A stretch of DNA of 64,000 bases from Pyrinomonadaceae bacterium (lineage in GTDB: Bacteria; Acidobacteriota; Blastocatellia; Pyrinomonadales; Pyrinomonadaceae), in the NCBI GenBank assembly GCA_049663465.1, contig JBATDM010000105.1:62-64061 (forward strand). The letters are read 5' to 3'. A program made the position numbers and the translations under genes. The notes under the pieces are model-generated. The model ran no database searches, was not told where the DNA came from, and was given only the letters and a program-made list of their open reading frames with translations. The first letter of the stretch is position 1. Each line of letters starts with the position of its first letter. Below, piece after piece: positions 27,967-37,594 of the stretch.

Positions 27967-30843
27967 TCACGCCACCAATTGACGCAAAACGTACGGTAAA
28001 ATACCGCCATTCTTGTAATATTCGATCTCGATCGGCGTATCAATCCTTAGAGTTAATGATGCTTCCGACGTCTCTCCGTTTGCACGCCGAATCCGAAGAA
28101 TGACGTCCTGACGTGGTTTTACCACTTCGCTTTCCAGTCCGACCAGGTCAAAAGTCTCCGTTCCGTCAAGCCCCAAGGTCTCCGCCGTCTCGCCATCCTT
28201 AAACTGCAATGGCAGCACGCCCATACCAACAAGATTTGACCTATGGATCCGCTCAAACGATTCTGTAACAACGGCTTTCACCCCCATCAACGCAGTTCCC
28301 TTAGCGGCCCAATCACGCGAACTGCCAGTTCCGTATTCCTTTCCTGCGAATATCATAAGCGGCGTATCTTCGGCCTTGTACTGCATCGCCGCGTCATAAA
28401 TGGTCGTTTCGGTTTCGTCAGGTTGATATCGCGTAAATCCACCCTCGGCAGGAGAGACCATCGTGTTTTTTATCCGCACGTTCGCAAAGGTTCCCCGCAG
28501 CATCACGCGATCATTACCGCGCCGAGAGCCATAAGAATTAAAATCGGCCGGAGCAACCCCTAATTCCTGCAGATACTTCCCAGCCGGAGAACTTGCCTTG
28601 ATCGCACCAGCCGGTGAGATGTGGTCTGTTGTCACGGAATCACCAAATATCGCCAAAGCTCTGGCTCCGTGAATATCAGCAAACTCCCCCGTTTCCATTG
28701 AAAAGCCCGCAAAAAATGGCGGTTCCTGAATATACGTCGAATTTGTATCCCACTCGTATATGCCGCCAACCGACGATTCTATTCCATTCCAGAGTGGATT
28801 TTGTTCCGCGAACTCTGAATAGAGCCTTTTGTAGGTTTCCGGATCGAACGCGGCAGCCAAAACTTCACGAACCTCATCAAGCGAAGCCCAAATGTCCTTT
28901 AGATAAACATCATTGCCATCGCGGTCCTTTCCGATCGGATCATTATGCGGGTCCCGCAGCACGGTGCCAGCAAGTGCAAATGCCACGACGAGCGGCGGCG
29001 ACATCAGAAAATTTGCTTTTACGTTCTGATGGACACGGGCTTCGAAATTTCGATTCCCTGAGAGTACTGATGCGGCGACCAGATCGTGGTCAACTATCTG
29101 TGTCTCGATACCAGCATCCAGCGGCCCAGAATTACCTATGCAGGTCGTGCAGCCGTAGCCAACCAGGTTGAATCCAACCTCATTTAGCCATTTCTGCAGA
29201 CCGGCCCGTTCGAGGTATTCAGTTACAACACGCGACCCCGGGGCGAGCGATGTCTTTACATAGGAAGGCACCTTTAATCCTCGTTCCGCCGCCTTGCGGG
29301 CAACTATGCCTGCTGCGATCATCACCGATGGATTTGAAGTGTTCGTACAAGAGGTTATCGCAGCAATAACCACATCTCCGTTACCGATCGTAACTGGCTC
29401 GGCGAGACAGTCATCGTCGTGCTCGACCCGATCGGGAGTTGGGCGATTATTTATCATTTCCGTCTCGGACCGAACACTCGTGTTCGCCGCCGATACATCG
29501 CCATAGATCGGCAATGGCGTCCCATGCTGGTCACCCCCACCAGTGGACGTTCCGTTTGGCCCGCAAAGTTCAACCTCAAATCGCTCCATCAATTGGTCGG
29601 CTGGCCTTCCAAAACCACCGTCCGCCACGGGCTGACTAAACAGCTCGACAAATTTATCGTCCAATTTGTCGAGTTCTATCCTGTCCTGCGGCCGTTTTGG
29701 CCCCGCAACTGCCGGAACGGTGGTGCTGAGATCGAGTTCCATTACCACCGTGTAATCAATATCGCCGCTTCTCGGAATGCCAAACATTCCCTGGGCGGTG
29801 TAGTAGTTTCGGATAGTATCGATCTGCTCGGCAGTCCGCCCGGTATTGCAAAAATAATCAAGCGTTTTCTCATCGGTCGGGAAAAAGCCCATCGTAGCAC
29901 CGTATTCCGGAGCCATATTTGCGATCGTCGCACGGTCGGTAGCGTGTAGTGCGGCAGCACCCTCGCCAAAAAATTCGACAAATTTGCCCACAACCTTCGC
30001 CTCACGCAGCATCTGGGTAATCCTGAGAACGAGATCAGTTGCGGTCGCTCCCTGAGGCAATTCACCGCTGAGATGTACACCGACGACGTCCGGCGTCAGG
30101 AAATACACAGGCTGGCCGAGCATTCCGGCTTCTGCCTCGATGCCGCCTACGCCCCAGCCGACGATCCCGACTCCGTTGATCATAGTCGTGTGTGAATCTG
30201 TTCCGACAAGCGAATCGGGAAAATACACGCCGTCGCGTTCAAAGACACCTTTGGCAAGGTATTCGAGATTTACCTGATGGACGATACCGATGCCCGGCGG
30301 TATTACGCTAAAACCATTAAATGCCTGAGTACCCCACTTGAGAAAGCGATAACGCTGGTCGTTACGCTTAAACTCCATTTCCATGTTCCGTTGATACGCC
30401 GATTCACTTCCGGAATAGTCCACCTGAACTGAATGGTCGATCACTAGGTCAACGGGCACGAGCGGCTCGATGACGCCGGGATCTTTACCCAGCCGTTGGA
30501 CCGCCGAACGCATCGCGGCGAGATCGACCAAGAGCGGCACACCCGTAAAATCCTGAAGTATCACGCGTGCGACCACAAACGGGATCTCTTTGCTGCGCTC
30601 ATCATTCGCCTGCCAGCCTGCCAATTCACGTATGGTGGCTTCACTGACCTTTTTGCCGCCGTCAAAATTGCGTAAAACGGATTCGAGGACAATTCGTATC
30701 GAAACGGGAAGACGAGAGATATTTCCGAGCCCCTCCGCCTCAAGCTGCGGAAGCGAATAAAATATTCCTTCGCCGCCGCTTCCGGTGGTAAATGTTCGTC
30801 GTGTTCCAAAAAGATCGTGTGCCATAGATGTATTTGCGGACAT
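27967..30843 (-). CDS. acnA: aconitate hydratase A
   Basis: 958 aa. Fe-S cluster region [20 protein letters not shown], and a swivel domain with typical AcnA/IRP features. Confidence 0.95.
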   Translation of the reverse strand: MSANTSMAHDLFGTRRTFTTGSGGEGIFYSLPQLEAEGLGNISRLPVSIRIVLESVLRNFDGGKKVSEATIRELAGWQANDERSKEIPFVVARVILQDFTGVPLLVDLAAMRSAVQRLGKDPGVIEPLVPVDLVIDHSVQVDYSGSESAYQRNMEMEFKRNDQRYRFLKWGTQAFNGFSVIPPGIGIVHQVNLEYLAKGVFERDGVYFPDSLVGTDSHTTMINGVGIVGWGVGGIEAEAGMLGQPVYFLTPDVVGVHLSGELPQGATATDLVLRITQMLREAKVVGKFVEFFGEGAAALHATDRATIANMAPEYGATMGFFPTDEKTLDYFCNTGRTAEQIDTIRNYYTAQGMFGIPRSGDIDYTVVMELDLSTTVPAVAGPKRPQDRIELDKLDDKFVELFSQPVADGGFGRPADQLMERFEVELCGPNGTSTGGGDQHGTPLPIYGDVSAANTSVRSETEMINNRPTPDRVEHDDDCLAEPVTIGNGDVVIAAITSCTNTSNPSVMIAAGIVARKAAERGLKVPSYVKTSLAPGSRVVTEYLERAGLQKWLNEVGFNLVGYGCTTCIGNSGPLDAGIETQIVDHDLVAASVLSGNRNFEARVHQNVKANFLMSPPLVVAFALAGTVLRDPHNDPIGKDRDGNDVYLKDIWASLDEVREVLAAAFDPETYKRLYSEFAEQNPLWNGIESSVGGIYEWDTNSTYIQEPPFFAGFSMETGEFADIHGARALAIFGDSVTTDHISPAGAIKASSPAGKYLQELGVAPADFNSYGSRRGNDRVMLRGTFANVRIKNTMVSPAEGGFTRYQPDETETTIYDAAMQYKAEDTPLMIFAGKEYGTGSSRDWAAKGTALMGVKAVVTESFERIHRSNLVGMGVLPLQFKDGETAETLGLDGTETFDLVGLESEVVKPRQDVILRIRRANGETSEASLTLRIDTPIEIEYYKNGGILPYVLRQLVA

Positions 30844-30916
30844 TGATTTAAACTATCAGTTTAAAAAGGGTTTAGGCCAAGGTCAAGGTAGCGGGACGGT
30901 TACCAACTCGTATTTC

Positions 30917-30945
30917 TTGCACATTCGGGCTGGCTGTTTTATACT
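30917..30945 (+). promoter_or_regulatory. sigma70-like promoter TTGCAC-N17-TATACT for tRNA-Glu
   Basis: Hexamers at 30917-30922 and 30940-30945 with a 17-nt spacer. The tRNA 5' end lies about 20 nt downstream. Confidence 0.35.
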
Positions 30946-30965
30946 TTCGATTCGTCGCACCTAAC

Positions 30966-31040
30966 GGCGCCTTCGTCTATCGGTTAGGACGCTAGGTTCT
31001 CAACCTGGAAAGAGGGGTTCAACTCCCCTAGGCGCTACCA
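30966..31040 (+). tRNA. tRNA-Glu (anticodon CTC)
   Basis: Hand-folded 75-nt cloverleaf. Acceptor GGCGCCT/AGGCGCT, TTCGTCTA D region typical of tRNA-Glu, anticodon arm CTAGG-TTCTCAA-CCTGG, T arm AGGGG-TTCAACT-CCCCT, encoded CCA. Confidence 0.9.
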
Positions 31041-31050
31041 CACAATATGT

Positions 31051-31128
31051 CGTGAGTCTTTGGTCTGAAGTTGATTCAACCCGGACAGCACGTAAGACTC
31101 ACGACTTTAGACTCAAGACTCAAAACAT
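31051..31128. repeat. hairpin plus period-7 word repeats (AGACTCN / GAGTCTN)
   Basis: Perfect 10-bp stem CGTGAGTCTT (31051-31060) / AAGACTCACG (31094-31103). 3' words AAGACTC ACGACTT TAGACTC AAGACTC. Nested GTTGA-T-TCAAC hairpin in the loop. Confidence 0.8.
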
Positions 31129-31129
31129 T

Positions 31130-31444
31130 ATGCTCGTAACAACTGGATTTGATATCGAAGGTAAACAGATCGCCGAGTACCTTGGCGTCGTTCGCGGGAT
31201 CGTCGTGCGTGCGACAGGACTTGGTCGGGGCATCATTGGCGGGATCAAATCGCTGGCTGGCGGCAATATTGAGGAATGGTCCGTTGTCTGCGAAGCTGCC
31301 CGAATGGAAGCATTTAACCGGCTAGTGCAGCACGCTCACGAGATCGGCGCCGACGCAATTATCGGCATGCGATATGATGCGACCGAATTTTCACAAGGTG
31401 CAACAGAGGTGCTCGCCTATGGCACCGCAGTCAAATTGAAATAG
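31130..31444 (+). CDS. YbjQ/UPF0145 family protein
   Basis: 104 aa starting at MLVTTG. GIVVRATGLGRGIIGGIKSLAGG and ADAIIGMRYD motifs. The ORF-track N-terminal extension runs through the repeat hairpin. Confidence 0.8.
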   Translation: MLVTTGFDIEGKQIAEYLGVVRGIVVRATGLGRGIIGGIKSLAGGNIEEWSVVCEAARMEAFNRLVQHAHEIGADAIIGMRYDATEFSQGATEVLAYGTAVKLK

Positions 31445-31450
31445 TTCACC

Positions 31451-32536
31451 TTAGAAGCGAGGCGACCTGGTCTCGCTCCCGATCCGTAGATCTGCTATCC
31501 ATCTCACAAATCGGCTTTTTAGCTTTCGCGGATCTACAAATTCCGTGATGCCGATAGTTTTGCGTAGCTTGCCGTCACCGAGGTCCACGCTGATCTCGCT
31601 AAGCATTTTCACTTCTGACAAACCGGAACGAAAAGCTCTGAATGGCTTTACGGCAAGGCGCAGATCATCTTGGGAGACAAATTCCATCTTCCAAGGCACA
31701 AGTAACCCCCAACGATCCCGATGATAGTCGCTCGCTTCGCAGGCGGCATCCCGCTCGCTGATAACACCGTCCTTGATCAAATAGAACTTCCCTGCGGCTG
31801 TCCGATCCCGAACACCGCCGTGCCTCTCAAAAACGACCGTCGAGTCGGTGAAATGTGCCCGTCCCCACATTCGGGAATCAAGGTCGCGATAGTGCACGTT
31901 CGCGCTGCTTACCTGATCGTGGTAACCAGTGCCGCGAAACTGGATCAGCTTGCGTGTTTTCCCGCGGCGCCCTATCAGCATAAGCTTGCCGCTCACATCT
32001 GCACGCGGAACCGCGGCGTTCCATACTGCATCCGCCTCGGAATCGGACCGGGGAAGCAGGTCAGCTTCGATCATCAGCCATTCCAGTTCAGCCTTAATAT
32101 GCTGCCCGCCAAAGGTGCGCAGGTCAATATTAACAATATAGCCACGACCGTAGTCGGCTGATTCCAGGCGGAATGAGGAACCACCGACCGCGAAGCCCTT
32201 TTCAGACGACCAACTAAAGTCGCCCTCGACATACTCATTGACCGAACTTAAGACAGGCGTTCCGTCCAGCCAGTAAATGAAGGAGACAGCCGGAAATCTG
32301 TGCCGCCCCGAATTCGTAATATTGGCATCCGTACCAGCGTTCAAATGAAACCGGGGCGACAGAATGTAGTTGTCATAGAACGTGATCGCGAGTGCTTCGC
32401 GCCCGTCATCCGAGACGGCATCAAAATGCCAACTCTCAAAAGCGTTGGGGCCGGCAAGATCGTGCCACCTGTCGGCCTCAAGGCTCGAACAGAACAACAC
32501 ATTCTCGACGGGTTGGTCGAATTGCTGCAAAGACAT
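31451..32536 (-). CDS. CrtC/AttH-like lipocalin-fold hydratase family protein (tentative)
   Basis: FESWHFDAVSDDGREALAITFYDNYILSPRF resembles the N-terminal signature of hydroxyneurosporene-synthase-like proteins. Recalled from memory. Confidence 0.45.
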   Translation of the reverse strand: MSLQQFDQPVENVLFCSSLEADRWHDLAGPNAFESWHFDAVSDDGREALAITFYDNYILSPRFHLNAGTDANITNSGRHRFPAVSFIYWLDGTPVLSSVNEYVEGDFSWSSEKGFAVGGSSFRLESADYGRGYIVNIDLRTFGGQHIKAELEWLMIEADLLPRSDSEADAVWNAAVPRADVSGKLMLIGRRGKTRKLIQFRGTGYHDQVSSANVHYRDLDSRMWGRAHFTDSTVVFERHGGVRDRTAAGKFYLIKDGVISERDAACEASDYHRDRWGLLVPWKMEFVSQDDLRLAVKPFRAFRSGLSEVKMLSEISVDLGDGKLRKTIGITEFVDPRKLKSRFVRWIADLRIGSETRSPRF

Positions 32537-32727
32537 TCAATTGATCAAATTTCGGATTTCCAATTCAGAATCGCAGAAAAGCAAAGATATGGCAAATTTT
32601 GAGGGTTGCAGGACGTTCCTGACGCACATGGGTCACACTGACGCAGCTTTGGGGCAAATCGACAGAGCCTAACCGCTATTGTTGGTGATAGAATGGGTTC
32701 GCAACGCCCTTTCGCCAAGCAAACTAT

Positions 32728-33204
32728 ATGGATCCAATCCTTTCGGCACTAGATCGTCAATTTCGAGATCTCGACTTAAGGTCTCGCGAATTCCTTGACC
32801 GCCTACCCAACGAAATTCTATTTAAGCGGCCACGCGAGATCAAAAACTCAATGTCCCCATTTTCTTGCGGAGAGTTTCTACTTCGCTCTGCCGCGATGGT
32901 TGAAAGATCATTTGGAGGAATAACAACGAGACTATGGGATGATCCGTTCGAATGGACACTACCTGAAAAATTATCGGATCGTGCAAGCATACTCCAATAT
33001 CTCGATGAGGTAGCGGAGACGCGGTCCGCCGGCTTTGCTTTTTTTTCCTCTGACGCTGACCTTACCCGTTCGATCCCGGCACCGGAAGAATTGACGCCGA
33101 TCATTGCCGTGCTCCTTGAGACGCTCGGAATGGCGGAACACTTTCAGGGACGCGCATATGCTGTGTTTCAAATGCTCTCGGATGAAAAGCTACCGAGGCG
33201 TTAG
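32728..33204 (+). CDS. hypothetical protein (possible DinB-like helical bundle)
   Basis: 158-aa ORF with plausible coding composition. No confident motif. Confidence 0.35.
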   Translation: MDPILSALDRQFRDLDLRSREFLDRLPNEILFKRPREIKNSMSPFSCGEFLLRSAAMVERSFGGITTRLWDDPFEWTLPEKLSDRASILQYLDEVAETRSAGFAFFSSDADLTRSIPAPEELTPIIAVLLETLGMAEHFQGRAYAVFQMLSDEKLPRR

Positions 33205-33294
33205 GCCGCCAAACATTATTGCATCGCGAACTTTTTCGTGTAAGAATTCGTTAAGATTCGAGTCCAAGGTGAACATTCGATAAGGAGCACGCTA

Positions 33295-33840
33295 ATGCAT
33301 TGTCCAAGCTGCGGACAACAACAGGTTTCTAATGAAACGAAGTTCTGCTCGCGATGCGGGCTTCCGCTCAGCACCGTTGCGGAAGTAGTTGCCTATGGCG
33401 GCTATCTGCCCCAGTTGGCAGAACTAAACAAGAAAAAGAAGCCGCTGCTGAGCAGGCGAAACGGCCTCGGATTTAGCTTGATCTGGTGCCTCTTTTTTCT
33501 ACTGATCATGGCTCCGTTTTGGGGAATCGTCAACGTAGAGGAACTTGCCGCAGTTTCAGCGATAATCGGTATTTTCGGCGGACTTATTATGGCCGTGTCT
33601 TCGTTAGTTTTCCTTCCGAAGGCCCCGCGCCAACTAGCTTTTGACCAGAGTGCTTTCCTTCCACCAGGTCAGCCGTCTCATGCACCGCAGCAAGATTATC
33701 GGGCATTGCCTTCGCAACAATCCGTTCCTGCTTCGGTATATGCAACGCCGCAGGCAGGCAGTTGGCGCGATACAAATGATTTGCAGCCGGCAAGCGTGAC
33801 GGAAAGTACGACTCGATTGCTCGACAAGGACGAGATCTAA
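33295..33840 (+). CDS. zinc-ribbon membrane protein (paralog 1)
   Basis: CPSCG...CSRCG ribbon, two TM helices, and C-terminal SVPASVYATPQAGSWRDTNDLQPASVTESTTRLLDKDE. Confidence 0.55.
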   Translation: MHCPSCGQQQVSNETKFCSRCGLPLSTVAEVVAYGGYLPQLAELNKKKKPLLSRRNGLGFSLIWCLFFLLIMAPFWGIVNVEELAAVSAIIGIFGGLIMAVSSLVFLPKAPRQLAFDQSAFLPPGQPSHAPQQDYRALPSQQSVPASVYATPQAGSWRDTNDLQPASVTESTTRLLDKDEI

Positions 33841-33846
33841 AAAAGT

Positions 33847-34398
33847 ATGTTTTGTCCCAACTGTGGCCAGGAGAATGTTTCTCGTGAGACGAGCTTTTGC
33901 TCGCGATGCGGCTTTTTGCTTACCGGCACCTATGACCTACTTCAAACTGGAGGTTTGATTCCCCAAGGTGAATCATCGTCAGGGAAAAAGCGAACGTCAG
34001 CCCGCACTCGTGGTTTGAAACAGGGCCTCTTTATCTTCCTGCTGACATTTCTAGTGGTGCCGATCGTTGCGATCATTACCGTCTTCGCCAGTGCGGAGCC
34101 GTTCGGCGTAGCGATAGCGGCCATCTTTCTATTTATGGGTGGACTTCTGAGAATGGCATATGCTCTGATGTTCGAAGAAGCCGACCCAGCAGCTAAACCA
34201 AGATCGGTCGATGACTTTCTGTCCGCTGCTCAGGCCCATATGAAACGGCCCGCACGAGAGCTGCCGTCTGAGCGATCGGTTCCCGCCTCAGTTTATTCCG
34301 CGCCAAAGGCCGGAAACTGGCGTGACACCAACGATCTACAACCGGCCAGCGTTGTCGAAGGAACGACAAAACTTCTGGAAAAGGATGAGACGCCTTAG
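33847..34398 (+). CDS. zinc-ribbon membrane protein (paralog 2)
   Basis: CPNCG...CSRCG ribbon, two TM helices, and C-terminal SVPASVYSAPKAGNWRDTNDLQPASVVEGTTKLLEKDE. Tandem with paralog 1. Confidence 0.55.
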   Translation: MFCPNCGQENVSRETSFCSRCGFLLTGTYDLLQTGGLIPQGESSSGKKRTSARTRGLKQGLFIFLLTFLVVPIVAIITVFASAEPFGVAIAAIFLFMGGLLRMAYALMFEEADPAAKPRSVDDFLSAAQAHMKRPARELPSERSVPASVYSAPKAGNWRDTNDLQPASVVEGTTKLLEKDETP

Positions 34399-36131
34399 TA
34401 GCCGACCGCCAGCCCGTCGCTCCGCGAATCGATCGCTCCGAGCCTAACGCCCTTATCATCGATCATAATTCCCGTCGCCGAGGCGATGCCGCCCGGTCGA
34501 TCGACAAATTTGTGGCCGTAGCCAGACAAGACCGCCATTGTGTCGGGCGAAAGTCCAAAGGGCTCATACATTATCTGATCGGGCAGCCATTGATGATGAA
34601 TACGCGGCGCGTCGATCGCTTCCTGAATATCCATTCCAAAATCGATCACGTTCATCACCGACTGCATTACCGCCGAAATGATCCTCGGGCCGCCGCGCGC
34701 ACCTAGTGCGAACCACAGCGAACCATCTTTTCGCAAAACGATCGTCGGCGTCATTGACGACAACGGACGCTTTCCGCCCTCGACCTTATTCCGCTCGCCC
34801 TGAACCAGGCCAAACATATTCGGCTTACCGGGACGGGCCGCGAAATCATCCATTTCGTCATTCAGCAAAACGCCAGTTCCCTTCGCCGTAACACGCGATC
34901 CGTATAGATCATTGATCGTATAGGTGTTCGTAACCACGGTTCCATCACTATCGACGACGGTAAAGTGCGTCGTGTCCATCGATTCCGGCCCAGTCGGCTG
35001 ACCAAAGCGGATCTCCTGGCTCGTTGAGGCCTTGGTGGGATCGATCGATGCACGACGCTCGGACGCATATTTCTTATCGATCAGCTTCTTAAATGGAACA
35101 TCTGCAAAATCGGGATCGCCCATATATTCGGCGCGGTCCGCAAATGTTCGCCGCATCGCCTCGGTGAGAATGTGAAATCTCGCCGCCGAATTAAACCCCA
35201 TTTTTTCAACGTCATACGCCTCGAGCATATTCAAAACGCCGAGCATAACCACGCCGCCCGAGCTCGGCGGCGGCATCGTGATGATCTCGTGTCCACGATA
35301 TGTACCACGGAGAGGTGTCCGTTCTTTCGCTTGATAATTATTGAGATCGTCTAGGGTTATCAACCCGCCGTTCGCCTTCATATCAGCAGCGATCAATTTT
35401 GCGGTCTGACCGGTGTAGAATTCACGGGCGCCAAGTCGCTCGACGCGGCCCAAAGTCGCAGCCAGATCGGGTTGACGAAGGGTGTCGCCTTCCTCATAGA
35501 ATTTTCCATTGTTGAGAAAGATCCGGTTGCTGTCAGGATAATTAGAAAGCGAGCTTCGATATGCTTTGAACAACTCCGCGAGACGGTACGAAAGAACGTA
35601 GCCATTCTGCGCAACGGCGCGGGCTGGCCGGACAAGGTCGCTCCATTTCACTTTACCCGAGCCGTACTTCGTGAAGGCAAGATCAAACCCAGCGAGTGTT
35701 CCCGGAACGCCGGACGCTCGATAACCGACAGTCGAAGAACCTTCGCCGTTGATCAGATTTCCGTCCTTATCCACGTAAACATCGCGTGACGCAGCTTTCG
35801 GAGCCATTTCTCGATAGTCGATCGCATACGCTTCCCCGCTCTTCTTTCGGATCAGCATAAAACCGCCGCCGCCTAAGTTTCCGGCTTCCGGGTATACAAC
35901 CGCGAGTGCGATCCCAACGGCGATCGCAGCATCCACCGCATTTCCACCCTTTTTTAGCACCTCGACGCCGATCTTCGACGCGATCTCATGCTGCGACGCG
36001 ACCATCGCGCTCTTCCCACGGGCAGGTGCGGGAGCAGCGTGAACGGAATAGCCGCCGAGTGGCAGAATGGCTAAGGCCAGAGAAATAACAATTATGCGTG
36101 TAACTGTTGAGCGGATAAGTTTTGATCTCAT
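34395..36131 (-). CDS. ggt: gamma-glutamyltransferase
   Basis: Signal peptide, GNLGGGGFMLI, and the autoprocessing site region SMDTTHFTVVD. Confidence 0.9.
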   Translation of the reverse strand: MRSKLIRSTVTRIIVISLALAILPLGGYSVHAAPAPARGKSAMVASQHEIASKIGVEVLKKGGNAVDAAIAVGIALAVVYPEAGNLGGGGFMLIRKKSGEAYAIDYREMAPKAASRDVYVDKDGNLINGEGSSTVGYRASGVPGTLAGFDLAFTKYGSGKVKWSDLVRPARAVAQNGYVLSYRLAELFKAYRSSLSNYPDSNRIFLNNGKFYEEGDTLRQPDLAATLGRVERLGAREFYTGQTAKLIAADMKANGGLITLDDLNNYQAKERTPLRGTYRGHEIITMPPPSSGGVVMLGVLNMLEAYDVEKMGFNSAARFHILTEAMRRTFADRAEYMGDPDFADVPFKKLIDKKYASERRASIDPTKASTSQEIRFGQPTGPESMDTTHFTVVDSDGTVVTNTYTINDLYGSRVTAKGTGVLLNDEMDDFAARPGKPNMFGLVQGERNKVEGGKRPLSSMTPTIVLRKDGSLWFALGARGGPRIISAVMQSVMNVIDFGMDIQEAIDAPRIHHQWLPDQIMYEPFGLSPDTMAVLSGYGHKFVDRPGGIASATGIMIDDKGVRLGAIDSRSDGLAVGY

Positions 36132-36277
36132 ACTCGAACTCTAGCAAATGTCCGATTTTCCGACAAATCCGCCGCCCGGCCCGAACGCACTTTTCTATTT
36201 ATCCCAAAAGAGTTATAGTCACTTTTCCGGGCAATCTCGCCCGGTTTGCAAAAAAATGGACGACGGCAGTAGTAGAA

Positions 36278-37585
36278 ATGGCACTTGCACGCTTTTCTCC
36301 GAGAAAGTTTGTTCAAGGGGCGCGCGGAATTCGCACGCGTCTTCGCCGTCGGCTGTCTGATTATCGATTCTTCGCCTACCTCGCAGTTCTCGGGCCCGGA
36401 ATTATCGCCGCAAACGCCGGCAACGACGCCAGCGGCATCGCTACATATTCATCAGTTGGAGCTGAATTCGGCTATTCGCTGCTTTGGGTCTTTGTCCCGA
36501 TGGTTATCAGTCTGATCGTCGTGCAGGAAATGTGCGTCCGGATGGGCGTCGTCACCGGCCAGGGCCTTGCCGATCTGATCCGCGAACAATTTGGCGTCCG
36601 CTGGACCGCTCTCGTAATGGTCGCTTTGCTGATCGCAAATACAGGCGTGATCATTTCGGAGTTCGTCGGCATCGCTCAGGCGTCAGAACTTTTCGGTATT
36701 TCACGATACATCACAATTCCGATCACCGCAGGACTGATCTGGTGGCTCGTTGTTCGCGGATCGCAAAAGCGTGTCGAGCGCGTCTTCCTCGCGATGTCGC
36801 TCGTCTTTGTTACCTATATTTTCTCGGCGTTTCTGGCACAGCCCGAGTGGGATCTCGTCGGTAACGGCTTTCTCGAACCATCGTTCAAGCACGAGTCGAA
36901 CTATCTGTTCATGATCATGGCCCTGATCGGCACGACGATCACGCCGTTCATGCAGGTCTTTGTTCAATCTTCGGTTGTCGAAAAACGAATGGATGTCGCA
37001 GACCTTCCCGTAGTTCGGGCTGACGTGGTCGTCGGGACTATCTTCGCCTGCGCGATTGCCGCGTTCATCGTAATTTGTGCGGGGGCAACTCTCCATTATC
37101 AAGGGATCTTGACAGTAGATTCCGCCGCGACCGCAGCCGAGGCGTTTGAACCTGTCGCGGGCACCTATGCAAAATATCTCTTCGGCGTCGGCCTTTTTGG
37201 GGCGGCGATGCTGGCAATGGGTGTGCTTCCCCTGGCGACCGCTTACAGCCTGAGCGAGGCGTTGGGATTTGAAAAAGGCCTTTCGCGGTCTTTTCGTGAG
37301 GCACCGATCTTTATCGGGATATTCACGGCGCTGATCCTCGTCGGATCGATCGTCGCTCTTATTCCCGGCATTCCGCAGATCCGGCTTTTGCTCGCAACCC
37401 AAAGCATTAACGGCCTTTTGCTGCCGGTCATTCTCATTGCTATCGTCGCCCTCGCGAGCAACCGCGAGATCATGGGCGACCATCGCAATGGCAAGCTTTA
37501 CAATCTCTTCGCATGGACGATCACCGGAGTCGTTTCCCTTCTCTCGGTCGCGTTGATTGCGAAAACGATTACTGATATGTTTTAG
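36278..37585 (+). CDS. mntH: NRAMP family divalent metal (Mn2+/Fe2+) transporter
   Basis: GPGIIAANAGNDASGI (DPGN-like motif region) and multiple TM helices. Start set at ATG 36278 (MALARF). Confidence 0.85.
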   Translation: MALARFSPRKFVQGARGIRTRLRRRLSDYRFFAYLAVLGPGIIAANAGNDASGIATYSSVGAEFGYSLLWVFVPMVISLIVVQEMCVRMGVVTGQGLADLIREQFGVRWTALVMVALLIANTGVIISEFVGIAQASELFGISRYITIPITAGLIWWLVVRGSQKRVERVFLAMSLVFVTYIFSAFLAQPEWDLVGNGFLEPSFKHESNYLFMIMALIGTTITPFMQVFVQSSVVEKRMDVADLPVVRADVVVGTIFACAIAAFIVICAGATLHYQGILTVDSAATAAEAFEPVAGTYAKYLFGVGLFGAAMLAMGVLPLATAYSLSEALGFEKGLSRSFREAPIFIGIFTALILVGSIVALIPGIPQIRLLLATQSINGLLLPVILIAIVALASNREIMGDHRNGKLYNLFAWTITGVVSLLSVALIAKTITDMF

Positions 37586-37594
37586 CTCTATTTT

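Noticed and set aside
36132-36277. Possible Mn riboswitch (yybP-ykoY) or attenuator upstream of mntH. A CCGGG-N8-CCCGG hairpin followed by TTTGC is present.
   Set aside because: None of the conserved yybP-ykoY core sequences I remember are visible. The hairpin is short and its T-tract is weak.
36701-37483. 260-aa minus-strand ORF.
   Set aside because: It is antisense to the NRAMP transporter gene. Its Arg/Asp-rich translation shows no membrane or domain features.
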